From contig OX597825.1 of NCBI GenBank assembly GCA_951406725.2, positions 17,608,001 through 17,672,000 on the forward strand: DNA of 64,000 nt. Reading direction: 5' to 3'. The stretch comes from Octopus vulgaris (Eukaryota). The notes below the pieces were generated by a model. That model saw only the letters and a list, made by a program, of their open reading frames with translations, had not been told where the DNA came from and did not search any database. Of this stretch, positions 28,666-40,948 are shown one piece after another. Both the position numbers and the translations under genes were made by a program. Numbering within the stretch: the first letter of the stretch is position 1; every line of letters begins with the position of its first letter.

Positions 28666-30363
28666 ATATGTATGGTAAGACCATATAACGTCATATATAT
28701 GTATGAAAACCTGCATGTTCCACTAAAGCGAACCTCACTATAATAACGTAGCCGTTTAGTTGTAATGGAACAGTTCGTAAAGCTAGTAGGAACGTTTTGG
28801 GGTTTTCATATATAAAGAGATATAAAGATATATGGCCTGAGATGCAGGTCAGCTTTCTTGGTGAGGACGAATGCGATTGGTGTAGATATTACCATAGAGA
28901 TTGAAATAATTGACTTATATGTATATGTTCGTTTGTATTTGAATATATTGTATGTATGTGTATTGTTACTTTTGCTTATAGCCTGTGTATTGTATATGAA
29001 TCTTTAGTTTTGACTTCTTGCATCTTTGCATTCTGTTTGTATTAATAATGCTGCTGTCAATAATCTGTTTTTGTGTGTATCTTCGTGGAGTATAGATGCC
29101 TTCTCCATTACTCTTTCTTATGATTTTTGACTTGTGTTGGGTGACGTATGGCACAACAAATGCTACAAACAGTAAGTGCAAAGTGACCTGGAACATTAAG
29201 TCGTACTTGTATGACTGACATAAATGATGCAGCAGTGCAGTTTATAGCTACCTGGTTTCCAATTGGATTTATAGTCACATGATCATTACTAGCATATTTA
29301 TAGTTTTACATGCATTTTATCTCTTCGAGGTCAAAAGATTTTATTTTGCAACTGTGTTTTGGTAACATAATATTAATGTTTGCGTAATGACAATTTACAT
29401 TCCGTTTAATGAGGTTTTAGATCATATATTCATCTATAGAGAAGCGACTACGCATTTCAGTCAAATAATATACATTATGTTTGTTTTGTGTATCTGCAAT
29501 AAGTCCAGTTCAACGTAATAATATTTTTTATTGTAGGTTGTGTTGCGATATTCAATGGTTTAAACTGTTACGTGGAACAAACGTTAAGGATTAAGATGAG
29601 GAGAATATGAACATTTGTTTATTACTATGTTGGTCGGACAGTATCTAAGTGTCCTTTTATGTCGGTGTTTTAGCAATAGTATTTATATATGAATGGAAAT
29701 TCGGGACTTGTCTCACTCTATGCATTTATTAGTGTTTTTGCAGCAAACACTAGCAATATCCTCTTAATTTTCAGAATTCATGTAAAGTGTTTTTTATGTA
29801 TTTCTCTTGAAACATCACACAAAGAGCCATTTATCTTTGTATTCATTTTCGGGACACCAGTTCAGTTTACATCAAGTCCTTTGAGACTTCCCATCTGGCA
29901 TGAAGAGTAGACGACCCGACCAACAGAAGTGTCGTTGCTGCAATACGATGACAATGTTAGGTAGCTACCTTTGAGCCAGTACCTAATTGGTTGGTGAGAC
30001 TGAATCCACCCGCTATACAAAATCAGTCTCAATCTGCGTGGGTGGAATGCATTTTGAAGACGCTCTTGTATTGAGCAGATGCTCCAAATCTTGTGTCCTA
30101 CATTCGCATGCTGTTACACGTTAGCTCTGTTAACCATCACCTTGTTGTGCACCATTAGCTTACTGTTCACTTAGACTCTCGTTGGCAGCATGGGTTGTGT
30201 TGAAGCCAGTTTTCCACTACATCTGTTCATCAGAGTCTATAAAAAAATAAGCTATAATGGCTTGAGGTGAAGTATGCAATGTCTAAGACTGCATCCAGTA
30301 TATAATAGTAACTTTAAGGAAGTGCTCAAAACTTAAGCGTAACATTTTTTTGCCATCTTTTTG

Positions 30364-30383
30364 CCTAACCCTAACCCTAACCC
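30364..30383. repeat. Short interstitial (CCCTAA)3 telomere-like repeat
   Basis: cctaaccctaaccctaaccc. Confidence 0.7.
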
Positions 30384-30898
30384 TTAATAATCTTTTGTGA
30401 ATCCGTTTATGAGGCGTTGCAATTGCTCTTGCGAATGCGCGCCAATGTCATTTGCAAACATCATGTGACTGACACTCATTTTGAATATATTTCTTTACGC
30501 CGTCAGTAGTGACAAACCGGGCTGTGGCCCAGTTGGTGATGTATGACGTTAAACACTATCGGTTGGTACAACAAAGGTGTATTGCGGTTTGACAGCTAAG
30601 AAGATACTAAACTGTATAATTCCACTGCATCTGCAAATGGGAATGACTTCGAGACTTGCTTACTTGAAATACATAATACCGGACATGGATTCAGTCAAAA
30701 TATAAATTTATATATGCACCCCACCCACCAATCACACACGTATACATACCAGTGTATCAGTTTGTGTGTATCTTGTTTTCGATCGCATAATGTTCTTGAA
30801 TTGATAAATTGCTCATATTGTGTGTGTGTGATGGTCATTTTAGAATGTTCACATAATAGGCCTCTACAGTCTATAGATATAAATATAGATATATAACT

Positions 30899-31097
30899 GA
30901 CACTCCGTCCGTTACGATGACGAGTGTTCCAGTTCATCCGATCAACAAAACTGCATGCTCGTCAAATTAACTTGCAAGTGGCTGAGTACTTGACGGACAG
31001 GTGTGCACTTAATGTAATAGCGTGACACGGGATACGACGAGAATGGATCTTCGAAATACAGACACCACTTATTTTTGAAAGTTTAGTGGATGGAACG
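30899..31097 (-). mobile_element. SINE family D fragment
   Basis: gatgacgagtgttccagttcatccgatcaac...aaattaacttgcaagtggctgag...; recognised from memory as a common octopus SINE body; single copy here. Confidence 0.55.
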
Positions 31098-31740
31098 GGA
31101 AATATACGCCAATAATAGTAAAAGCACTTCTCAGACTTTTAAACCTAAAGCTAAAAGTAAAAACATAGTCGGATTGTAAATACACAATTTATCTTCCCCA
31201 CCTAAATCTGTCTATATTATATGGGCCCTTACCAAGCAAACGAACACCATTTCGTTAATTTAATAGAACAGCCATTACTGTATACAATACTATCTGTTTC
31301 TTGTAGCAAGTTAATTGTAGTTGAAGATAACCAATTTTGAATAAACTATATATTATAACTCACATTAAAATGTATGAATTCAAAACGGATTAGTTGATTA
31401 TAAAAAAAAAAATTATGAGTATGCTTTTATATTGGTTAAAAGAAATACAAGTGTGATTATTTGGTTTCAATTCCAAAATAGATTAGAATTGTCGTAATGT
31501 CACAACGTATTTGTTAAACTGTATTGAAATAACTAAAGTAGAAACAACTTAAGCTGTAAGAGTTCACACAATTGCTAAGTTATCGTAAACGAAAAGCAAA
31601 TAAAAGAACCGAATTACATACATATACATTAAATATTGTTTCAGTTTGAATTTAATCTCCCTACACAAAAAAGTACTTTAAGAGAAGTATATAATATAGT
31701 AAAGTATGAATAATATCATATGACATGTATGTGTGTGTAG

Positions 31741-31795
<55 letters not shown>

Positions 31796-33669
31796 TATAT
31801 AAATAAATATATATATAAATAAATAAATATATATACACATATATATATGGTATAATATAATAACAGTTTGTAATTATATAACGCTGTTCCATTACGTTTT
31901 AACAATTATTTATTACTAAATTTTAAATTATAAACTTTATTTAGTATTTCAATTAGGCATGTTAGTTTGCATAAAAAAATATGGCAATAAGTGTCAGCTT
32001 AAGATTAGAGAGACGGCAACATTTTTGAGGAAGGCTAAAGAATAGTAATTAAACGGATGAGTTAAATTTGCAGAAGTAACAAGAAAATCTATTGTATAGA
32101 TGACATTTTAATTTTCGAGGATCTAGAAATGAAATTGAAATTTGTAAATTCTTATAAGATAAAAGAAAATATTATTATATGTATATATATATATATATAT
32201 AAGAATATCACGGTATAGAAAACATACAGAATATCCACCTTAATTTAGAAGCTATTATGAAGAGCAAAGAAATATATATGCACTTTGATATATATTTATA
32301 TAATAATATTTAGCTAAATATTGCCTAATTTGTAAGCAATCATCTAATGCATCTTAATTTTCTCGAATGTAAAATATACGTATATACATATTCATATACG
32401 TATGTATGTATGTATGCATGTACTTCTTAATCTGAGCGGAGGCAATGTGAGCAGTAGCTAAAGGAACATTATGAAAATCCACACGGAAAGATCAAATACA
32501 TACATATATTCATATATTCATTTATATCTACAGAACAGATATAAAGTCCGACGTTTAAAAATATAATAATATATAAATAAATAAACATCATATAATATAT
32601 AATATATATAAGTATATAAGAATCAATGTTGCATACAAAACACAATGAATTTACGTATGTATGTATGTATGTATGTATGTATGTATGTATGTATGTGTGT
32701 ATGTATGTATGTATGCATGTACATTTCTGTGTATTTTAGCGTGTCTGACTGTAATCTAAGATAATGAATGAGGCGAAAGCTTTTTAAATCTACTTATATT
32801 TATTTGCCCCAAACCTATGTGACGCTCGTAGGCCACTCACCGTTTATGTCTAGATGCGATTCTCAAGTCATCGATACTTTTGGCTTAGCCTGTTGCACTG
32901 CCCTCCCACATATACGGCGGTAATATGGTTAACAGGCAGTTCATACAAAAGAATGCTTTGTCTGCTATGGCATTTGAAATATATGCACGATATAATTTTC
33001 AAAATTGCTAACTATGTCTTCACTATGAATATATGTTCACGGCAATGCAGTCATTATAAGCTATTTAGTAGGAACAATATAGTAATCCAGTTTTCATATA
33101 ATTTTCCTTACGCCGATCTCTATTAATATGATCTTTCATGCAATAATCTATTTAATAATGGTATCTTCCAGGCTCACGAGCATTTACTTCAGCCCTAAGA
33201 AATTTAAACGTTAGGCATATGATTATAATTTTTTCTTGTTTCTCAAATGATGACAGCAGGATATTCGAAACTTTAATTAATGTCTGAAGAAATGTTAATT
33301 AGATATTGCTTCGGTACCTATTCTTATATAGTAATTTACTTCACCGAATTCTTCAATACATGGCTACATTCTTCCTTTTCCCCATTCTGATAATAAAAGC
33401 CCTAAAGCAAGAGCAATTCTCTTACACAAATATGTCACCATTTTGAGAGATGGCTTTCATGGCATGTATGGCCAAGTACTACACTTCCAGGAAAAAATAC
33501 CAAATCCTTCTTTAAAAGTTGAAAAAAAAACAGCCATCTCGTATTCACGTAAGCGAACAACCAGCACGAATTCTTCATTGACAGACAAATCTGTTATACA
33601 CCAACTAAATTATACGGCAATAAACATCTATTAGTTGACTGGTTGCCTGGTATTTTGAGCAACATTTCG

Positions 33670-33810
33670 AATTCTGCCACAAAGACAGCACTTTCGAGGG
33701 AGGGGTAAGTCGATTAAATCGACCCAGTGTTCAACTGTTACATATTTCATCGATCCCAAATGGATGGAAGGCAGAGTCGATCTTCGCAGAATTTGACCTC
33801 AAAACGTAAA
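33670..33810 (-). mobile_element. SINE family C, diverged, 5'-truncated
   Basis: aagtcgattaaatcgacccagtgttcaactg...gatggaaggcagagtcga...aatttgacctcaaaacgta. Confidence 0.75.
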
Positions 33811-33838
33811 ACAACTCTTAAACTTACAGCCTAAAATA

Positions 33839-34041
33839 AGGCGGCAAGCAGGCAAAATCGTTAGCATGCTGGGTAAAATGGTTAGCATGCTGGGTAAAAT
33901 GGTTTCGGCCGTCTTTACGTTATGAATTAAAATCCCGCCAAAGTGACTTTGATTCAAATCTATTGGCGGTCGAGAAAATAATTACTAGTTGAGCACTCTG
34001 AACTTGCAGGCCTTACGCTAAAGTTTGAAGTTAATATTATT
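33839..34041 (+). mobile_element. SINE family C with 10-bp TSD and internal 21-bp duplication
   Basis: TSD gcctaaaata at 33829-33838 and 34042-34051; gttagcatgctgggtaaaatg x2 at 33860-33901. Confidence 0.8.
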
Positions 34042-36273
34042 GCCTAAAATATTTGATCTATAATATTTTATTATAGATCAAATATAATACGCCACTCTCT
34101 TCACGCCACTGTACGCCACTCTCTTCATAAGTCAAAATATATTATAATTAATGCAAAACTTCTTCTGAGACATTATACTATGCACGATATACAAGTTGTA
34201 TACAATTCATGCAATTAAGCAGATTATCCGAAATAATAAATTATCAGGATATAACCAGGTTATAATTTGTTTACATAACAAACTTCAACTTAATTCAGTC
34301 ACTTTTGTTACACGTTCAGTCAACAGTAAGTCAATATGCGCATATACATAACTCAATCTGCCATGTGTTGAAAATAAAATATTCATCTTCCTGAAATCAC
34401 ACTAAGAATTCTTAAAAAGTTAAAGATGCAATATTAGTGGTGGCTCCTCGTATGTCGGAATTTCAACCGTGTTTCGTGGTCTGCTACCAAAACCGCTCCT
34501 TTATAGAATCCAGTTAGCTCAAGACATCATTAGGAGGAACCACGTCCGGTTTCGGCCCCTACTCCTCTACCCTTTTGACGGGGCGACCCCGCTCTTTCGG
34601 AGGTGTCTTCAGCTCTGGTGTTGGGTGCATATCTTCTTTGTTCTTCTTTCTTCCGTTCCTTGGCCTCTTCGATGTAGCGTCAACGAGTGTCAGCGGGTGA
34701 CTGACTGACTTGTCAAATCTTTTCCCTTTAAATAAAAAAAAAAATGAATTGCATATTTGAGATGCGTATTATCATAGTTATGATACATCATTACTTACCT
34801 CAATAGCAACTCTAAAAACCTCACATTACAACCTGTTCATAGAAAACTATTCCCATTAAAACGAGATCACATGTGGTCGTATCATATATTTAATACAATC
34901 GCACGCGATCCCATTCTTAAAGAGTTAGACAAACCATTTATACATGCAGCACAATAGAACATAAGGGATTGACAACAAGTCACCGTTTGAGAGGCAAGAT
35001 AAGATTTTATTTACAATGAAGTAAGGTTGGAAGTGTATGGGAGCATGCAACACGTGTTTGTGTCTGTGTGTTAGTGTGTGACAGAACAATTAATGTGGTT
35101 GACATAGAAAATTACCTGATGGTGGAAGATAGCAGTCTTTGGTTGTTGAGCGTACATTGGCATAGTGGTTAAGGAACCATTGTATCATTTTGTTGTTTAG
35201 CGCTGTCTCTGGAGCTAGTTCTTACAAGAACTAAAGACAGGTAATTGATTTACTGTTTATGAGGTACACGAGGTGTAAGAGTTTCATATCAAGATGTTGT
35301 GTCTCAGAGCTGACATCTGTTGAATCGCTTGTTGCGTTTATCTTTCTCTTGATATGAATATACTCCAGATATGTTAACTGTAGCCGTTTTTTCCGTGGTG
35401 ATATTTTCACCTAACCGCTATAGTTGAATCTGTGATAGTCTTGTGTACTATTTAAAACTTTGTAGCTAGGGACGATGTTTGCTTGGTTTTTGTTCCTCTT
35501 GATATAGATTCCTGCAACCGTTTTTCCGTGGTGTGGTTTTCACACAAACAGTATGAGTTGGTTTTGTAGCCATCTTATGTACGAGCTAAATCTTCGTAGG
35601 TAGCGACAGAGTTGGTGATGCCGTTATGTCTGGTTATATGGTCTCCGACCAGGACCTTAGAAGGTCTTAAGCCGACAGACGAGCTCTGTGGTCAGAGACT
35701 TAGCTCTGAAAAGAACTAAAAGCCTAAGACGAATATTTGTCTGAAAAACCCTTGTTTTATAAGGTTTATATGGCTCCCAATGAACTTCAGAAATGGAAAG
35801 CTGTGGTTGGAACTATGCTTGGAACTATGGCGCGAAAATAAGCGGAGGCAAATCGCGTCAAGTGATAACCAGCGGTGCGAACGTAGTAGGGACCAACGTG
35901 TCAGCCAATCGAATTAGTGTTTACAACAATGTTGAACTAGCCGAAGATGTTTGTAATCTCGACCGAGGCTATTCTTAATACTCTTCTCAAACAGTGAAGA
36001 TAGCAATGAGAGACGATATTGCTACACCATCATCGAAGTATCCAGAGACTTGGACACATATGAGAACAGGTGCTATGAAAAGACCATAATAACATTATCG
36101 TACCTACTTTGTGCATCGGATAATCACAAACACGTAACCACTAGGGAAATCTAACATTATACTTTGGCAAAAACTATATTTATCTAGCTTGGCTGAACCA
36201 CCTTCAGCGCTCGCTTGCGAATCTCTCTATGGATGCATCTGAGCTTCAAACATGAAGGGGACATTGTGTTTTA

Positions 36274-36441
36274 TTTACTCTTTACTCGCTCTCTCTTTTA
36301 CCTGTTTCAGTCATTTGACTGTGACCATGCTGGGGCACCGCCTTTAATCGAGCAACTCGACCCCGGGACTTATTCTTTTGTAAGCCCAGTACTTATTCTA
36401 TCGGTCTCAAATGACTGAAACAAGTAAAAGAATAAAAGAAT
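36274..36441. mobile_element. SINE family A 3' fragment (minus) fused to a second tail (plus)
   Basis: tcttttacctgtttcagtcatttga...tatcggtc-TC-aaatgactgaaacaagtaaaaga. Confidence 0.85.
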
Positions 36442-36469
36442 ATATATATTTATCTACACACACACATGT

Positions 36470-36777
36470 GGAGGCGCAATAGCCCAGTGGTTAGGGCAGC
36501 GGATTCGCGGTTTCGTTTCCCAGACAGGGCGTTGTGTGTGTTTATTGAGCGAAAGAAACCTAATGCTCTACGAGGCTCCCTGCAGCGGGTTGTGGCGACC
36601 CCTGTTGTACTCTTTCGCCCCATCTTTCTCTCACTCTTTCTTCCTATTTCGTGAGTAACGCTGCGATAGACTAGCGTCCCGTCCAGCTGGGGGGGGGGGA
36701 CACACATATGCCATAGAAACCGGGAAACCGGGCCGATGAGCCTGGCTAGGCTTGAAAAGGACTCATAAATAAATAAA
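36470..36777 (+). mobile_element. tRNA-derived SINE, family B (Meta-domain-like)
   Basis: Head GGAGGCGCAATAGCCCAGTGGTTAGGGCAGCGG; CTGCGATAGACTAGCGTCCCGTCCAG...AGAAACCGG block; (TAAA)n tail; colinear with 51132-51433. Confidence 0.88.
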
Positions 36778-37301
36778 CACACACACACACATAAATCTAT
36801 ATAGCTGTACGTGTGTATATGAGATTTAATATTGACACATGTATAGGGTTACTTGCTCTTCGTGTGGTCAAGCGAATGAGATAAAAATTTTATCCGACTT
36901 AGGATCAATTAGATATATATAAAATGATGAAAGCAAATATATAACAATACATTATATACACAGAACTCCCTTATTACCACACCAAATCATTATTTCAGAC
37001 AAACTATTGTTAATCGTGGTATTAAAACCGATAAAAGTACCTCCTAACTATAAACTAATGCCACTATATTAATGACTGATAAAACCTACGTGTTCAGTCG
37101 ACCTGCTAGAAATTTGCAAAGAGTACGGCTCTAAATCACATATATTACCATCTATGAGAATATCACGTGACATTTTGTGTTCAAACGAAAGCAGGACAAT
37201 CATCTCTGATCATTTATTATGATTTTATTTTTACTTGTTGTTGATATTTATTCTACCGGTGTTGGTCTGGGATTATTCAACAAAAAAAATCATGAGCGAA
37301 A

Positions 37302-37563
37302 TCTAGAGCCATTTTTAGACGAGTAGTGGCTTTCATATTCAGAATAGCCGAATTTGGAAAATATATTTCTAAATTGTGAACCAAAGAGGGTATGCAGACA
37401 TTAACCACTTTTCAATAAATATTATATGCTTCTAGAGCCATTTTTAGACAGGAAACGAGTGGCTTTCATATTCAGAATAGCCGAATTTGGAAAATATATT
37501 TCTAAATTGTGAACCAAAGAGGGTATGCAGACATTAACCACTTTTCAATAAATATTATATGCT
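37302..37563. repeat. Tandem duplication, units 37302-37430 and 37431-37563
   Basis: tctagagccatttttagac...aaatattatatgct x2, differing only in a short segment after ttagac. Confidence 0.93.
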
Positions 37564-37703
37564 TCGGAACTGTAGAGAAGGAATTCCTGTACAATTTACA
37601 CACGCACGGACACACACACACATAAACACACATAGACACACGCACACACATATATATATAAATACACAGCCATATATCACACATATATATTCAGACAGAG
37701 GCA

Positions 37704-37747
<44 letters not shown>

Positions 37748-37829
37748 CATATATGTAGATATGTGTGCATGTGCGCGTTTATATGTATGTTTATAAATGT
37801 ACATATATCCATACGTTTATATGCACACA

Positions 37830-37868
<39 letters not shown>

Positions 37869-38721
37869 ACATACATGCATATATGCAATATATATATACG
37901 CATGTGTGTGTATGCACATATTTTATATCTACTTGAATTTCATTGTGTCAGAGATAATTCGAAGCTTATAAATAGTGAAGTTCTAACGGAGTCATTTTAT
38001 CTAAGCCTCCATACGTGAAGGTAATCAATATTTTAGAATTGCATAGCTCAGCTAAAATTGAATGCAGTTTTAGTAACATCGAAATGTACATTCATATCTA
38101 TATTTATATCATATCGTACAGCCAACTACTTCAATTAGATATATCTATCGAACTTGAAAACTAAAGTAACACGTTTGACATAAGCATTAGAATGATTCTC
38201 GCAAACTCAGTGCAATAAAGTGATGCAAATATGTTATGGATATTATTGATTTTTTTTCTCTACTAATGTCCAATGCTTTCCAACAACGAGACTACCACGT
38301 ATATATATATTTCTAGATGTGAAATAGTATAACTTCCATTAGGATTTTGATATGACATTAATAAAAAAAAATTGGTATGAAAGGAACGACTGTATATATT
38401 TCATTAATTCATACCTCCTGGGAATACGAGGGACGAAGGGAAAGCAACGCATTAAAATCACTGAGATATTTTACATGGCGCATATGTTGTTGGCATAAGG
38501 GAAAAATGAGCAAAGGGATATATAAACAGGAAAATAAATATCACACACAATAAAGGGAATTTCGCCTAACATATTCAGGTATCCATGAGGATTATTTTGT
38601 GATATGATACGATTTAAAAGCGAGAGTATGATCCAATTTGTCAACAAACGATCAGCTGCCAAAAAAGGCATTTTTGGATTTCATATTGAAGTACGCAAAC
38701 ATCAGTCAACATATTGCCGCA

Positions 38722-39240
<519 letters not shown>

Positions 39241-39914
39241 AAATATATCACTTCAAAATACAATCTGATGAAATCTAGGCAGAAATGTGGTTAAGGTGTC
39301 TTCATAAGAATAAATGTATTTTTAATAAACTCAAATAAACGCATTAAACTTAATTAGGCAAGAAAATCATAAATTAATAGAAGACCAATTATGAAAACAA
39401 AAAACATACAAATATTAAAATGAAATTTAACGGATTCCTCTAGAAATAAAAATTTCTCTTTGAAATGTGTAAAATGGTAAGCTTTCTCTTGGTAGTAATG
39501 AAACTGCGCCAACCGCTAACCTTCACCTATTCAAGACTATATCTCTCTCCATGTGCCGAACTTAGCCGAGGTCAATCATGGGTCAATGAAAATATAACTA
39601 TTTATAGTAACACTAATATCTCCTAATGACAATTTATTTATTCAACCTCCTAGTTTCTTCAGCTTAACTTCGAATGGTAATAAATAATGGACCCTGATTA
39701 AACTACTGACAATAACACATGGTTGCGCATCTAAGAGAGCGCAGTCGATACAGTTGAAACGCGTATGGCCACAAAAGAATGGTGTGTACAACTATTTCAA
39801 AAAATTATAGGAGTGATAAATCGGCATTCTCCTGATTATACACACACACACACAGAAGCACAAATATATCCAGGTACATCCATATATATATATATATATA
39901 TATATAACGGGAAG

Positions 39915-39984
<70 letters not shown>

Positions 39985-40691
39985 GTATAGAATACAAAAT
40001 GGGACAAGAACGCAAAACACCCGGCCAACTAGGTGATACAAAAAGGGGACAACAATACATTGAGAAAGACGATTCAAAGAAACTAAGGACGGGTCATTCG
40101 AAGTTTTTTATCTTCAGTCAAGAACCAGATTATCCTCGCAATTTCGGCTGATTATTCTTATATATATATTACATGAAAAATGCGGGCAAGAGAAATAATG
40201 TTCTTAAGAATATAAACCTGGAAAACTACAGGACACTCAGAAAAGTTCAGGAAATCTTATTACATCTGGTAAAATCCTTGCAGCGAAGTATAAAATTTCA
40301 AATAAAATATTTAGATTTAGAAAATGCCAGCTTTTATTAAAACTAGAAATATTATATGTTATTGCTTCAATTTGCTATTAGTTATTACTTCAATTAGAAA
40401 GAAAAAAATAACTCAAAAAATACTTTTTGCACTTTAATAAATTCATTTTATTAATCATTAATTAAAAATAAGAAATTTGGAAATAGGCTATAAAAAGTGA
40501 TAGTACAATAAATAGAATAAATAAAATAGTTATATATTACAGTAAAATCTACCTATAACAACAAATTCACAGTTAAATTTGCTATGAGGTTATTGCCAAG
40601 TCCTCACATTTATACTCTTGACATGATGCCTTTTTTTTTTAGCTAAGGATCAGTCCTCTTCAGAAATGTAATTTGGTTCAGAACTGAATTC

Positions 40692-40768
40692 GGCACAAGC
40701 TCTGAAAGATGTTGCGCGTGAGTAATTTGCAGCCTTAAGAATATTGCTCAAACACTACCGTAGTTGAA

Positions 40769-40808
<40 letters not shown>

Positions 40809-40854
40809 TTCAACTACGGTAGTGTTTGAGCAATATTCTTAAAGCTGCAAATTA

Positions 40855-40919
<65 letters not shown>

Positions 40920-40948
40920 CACACGCACCACCTTTTAGAGCTTGTGCC
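40692..40948. repeat. Palindrome centred on (AT)18 with a second (TA)n block interrupting the right arm
   Basis: Inner arms 40719-40770 and 40807-40858 (1 mismatch); outer arms 40692-40721 and 40919-40948 (4 mismatches in 30). Confidence 0.92.

Noticed and set aside
30205-30240. Hammerhead ribozyme core (minus strand CTGATGA...GAAA); similar CTGATGA hits at 39266, 46538 and 63301
   Set aside because: No convincing stems I-III or correctly placed cleavage triplet.
30364-30383. Telomere or chromosome-fusion site
   Set aside because: Only about 3 units; such short CCCTAA runs are common inside repeats.
33860-34126. Short direct repeats suggesting a CRISPR-like array
   Set aside because: Only 2-3 adjacent copies without unique spacers; eukaryotic context, no cas genes.
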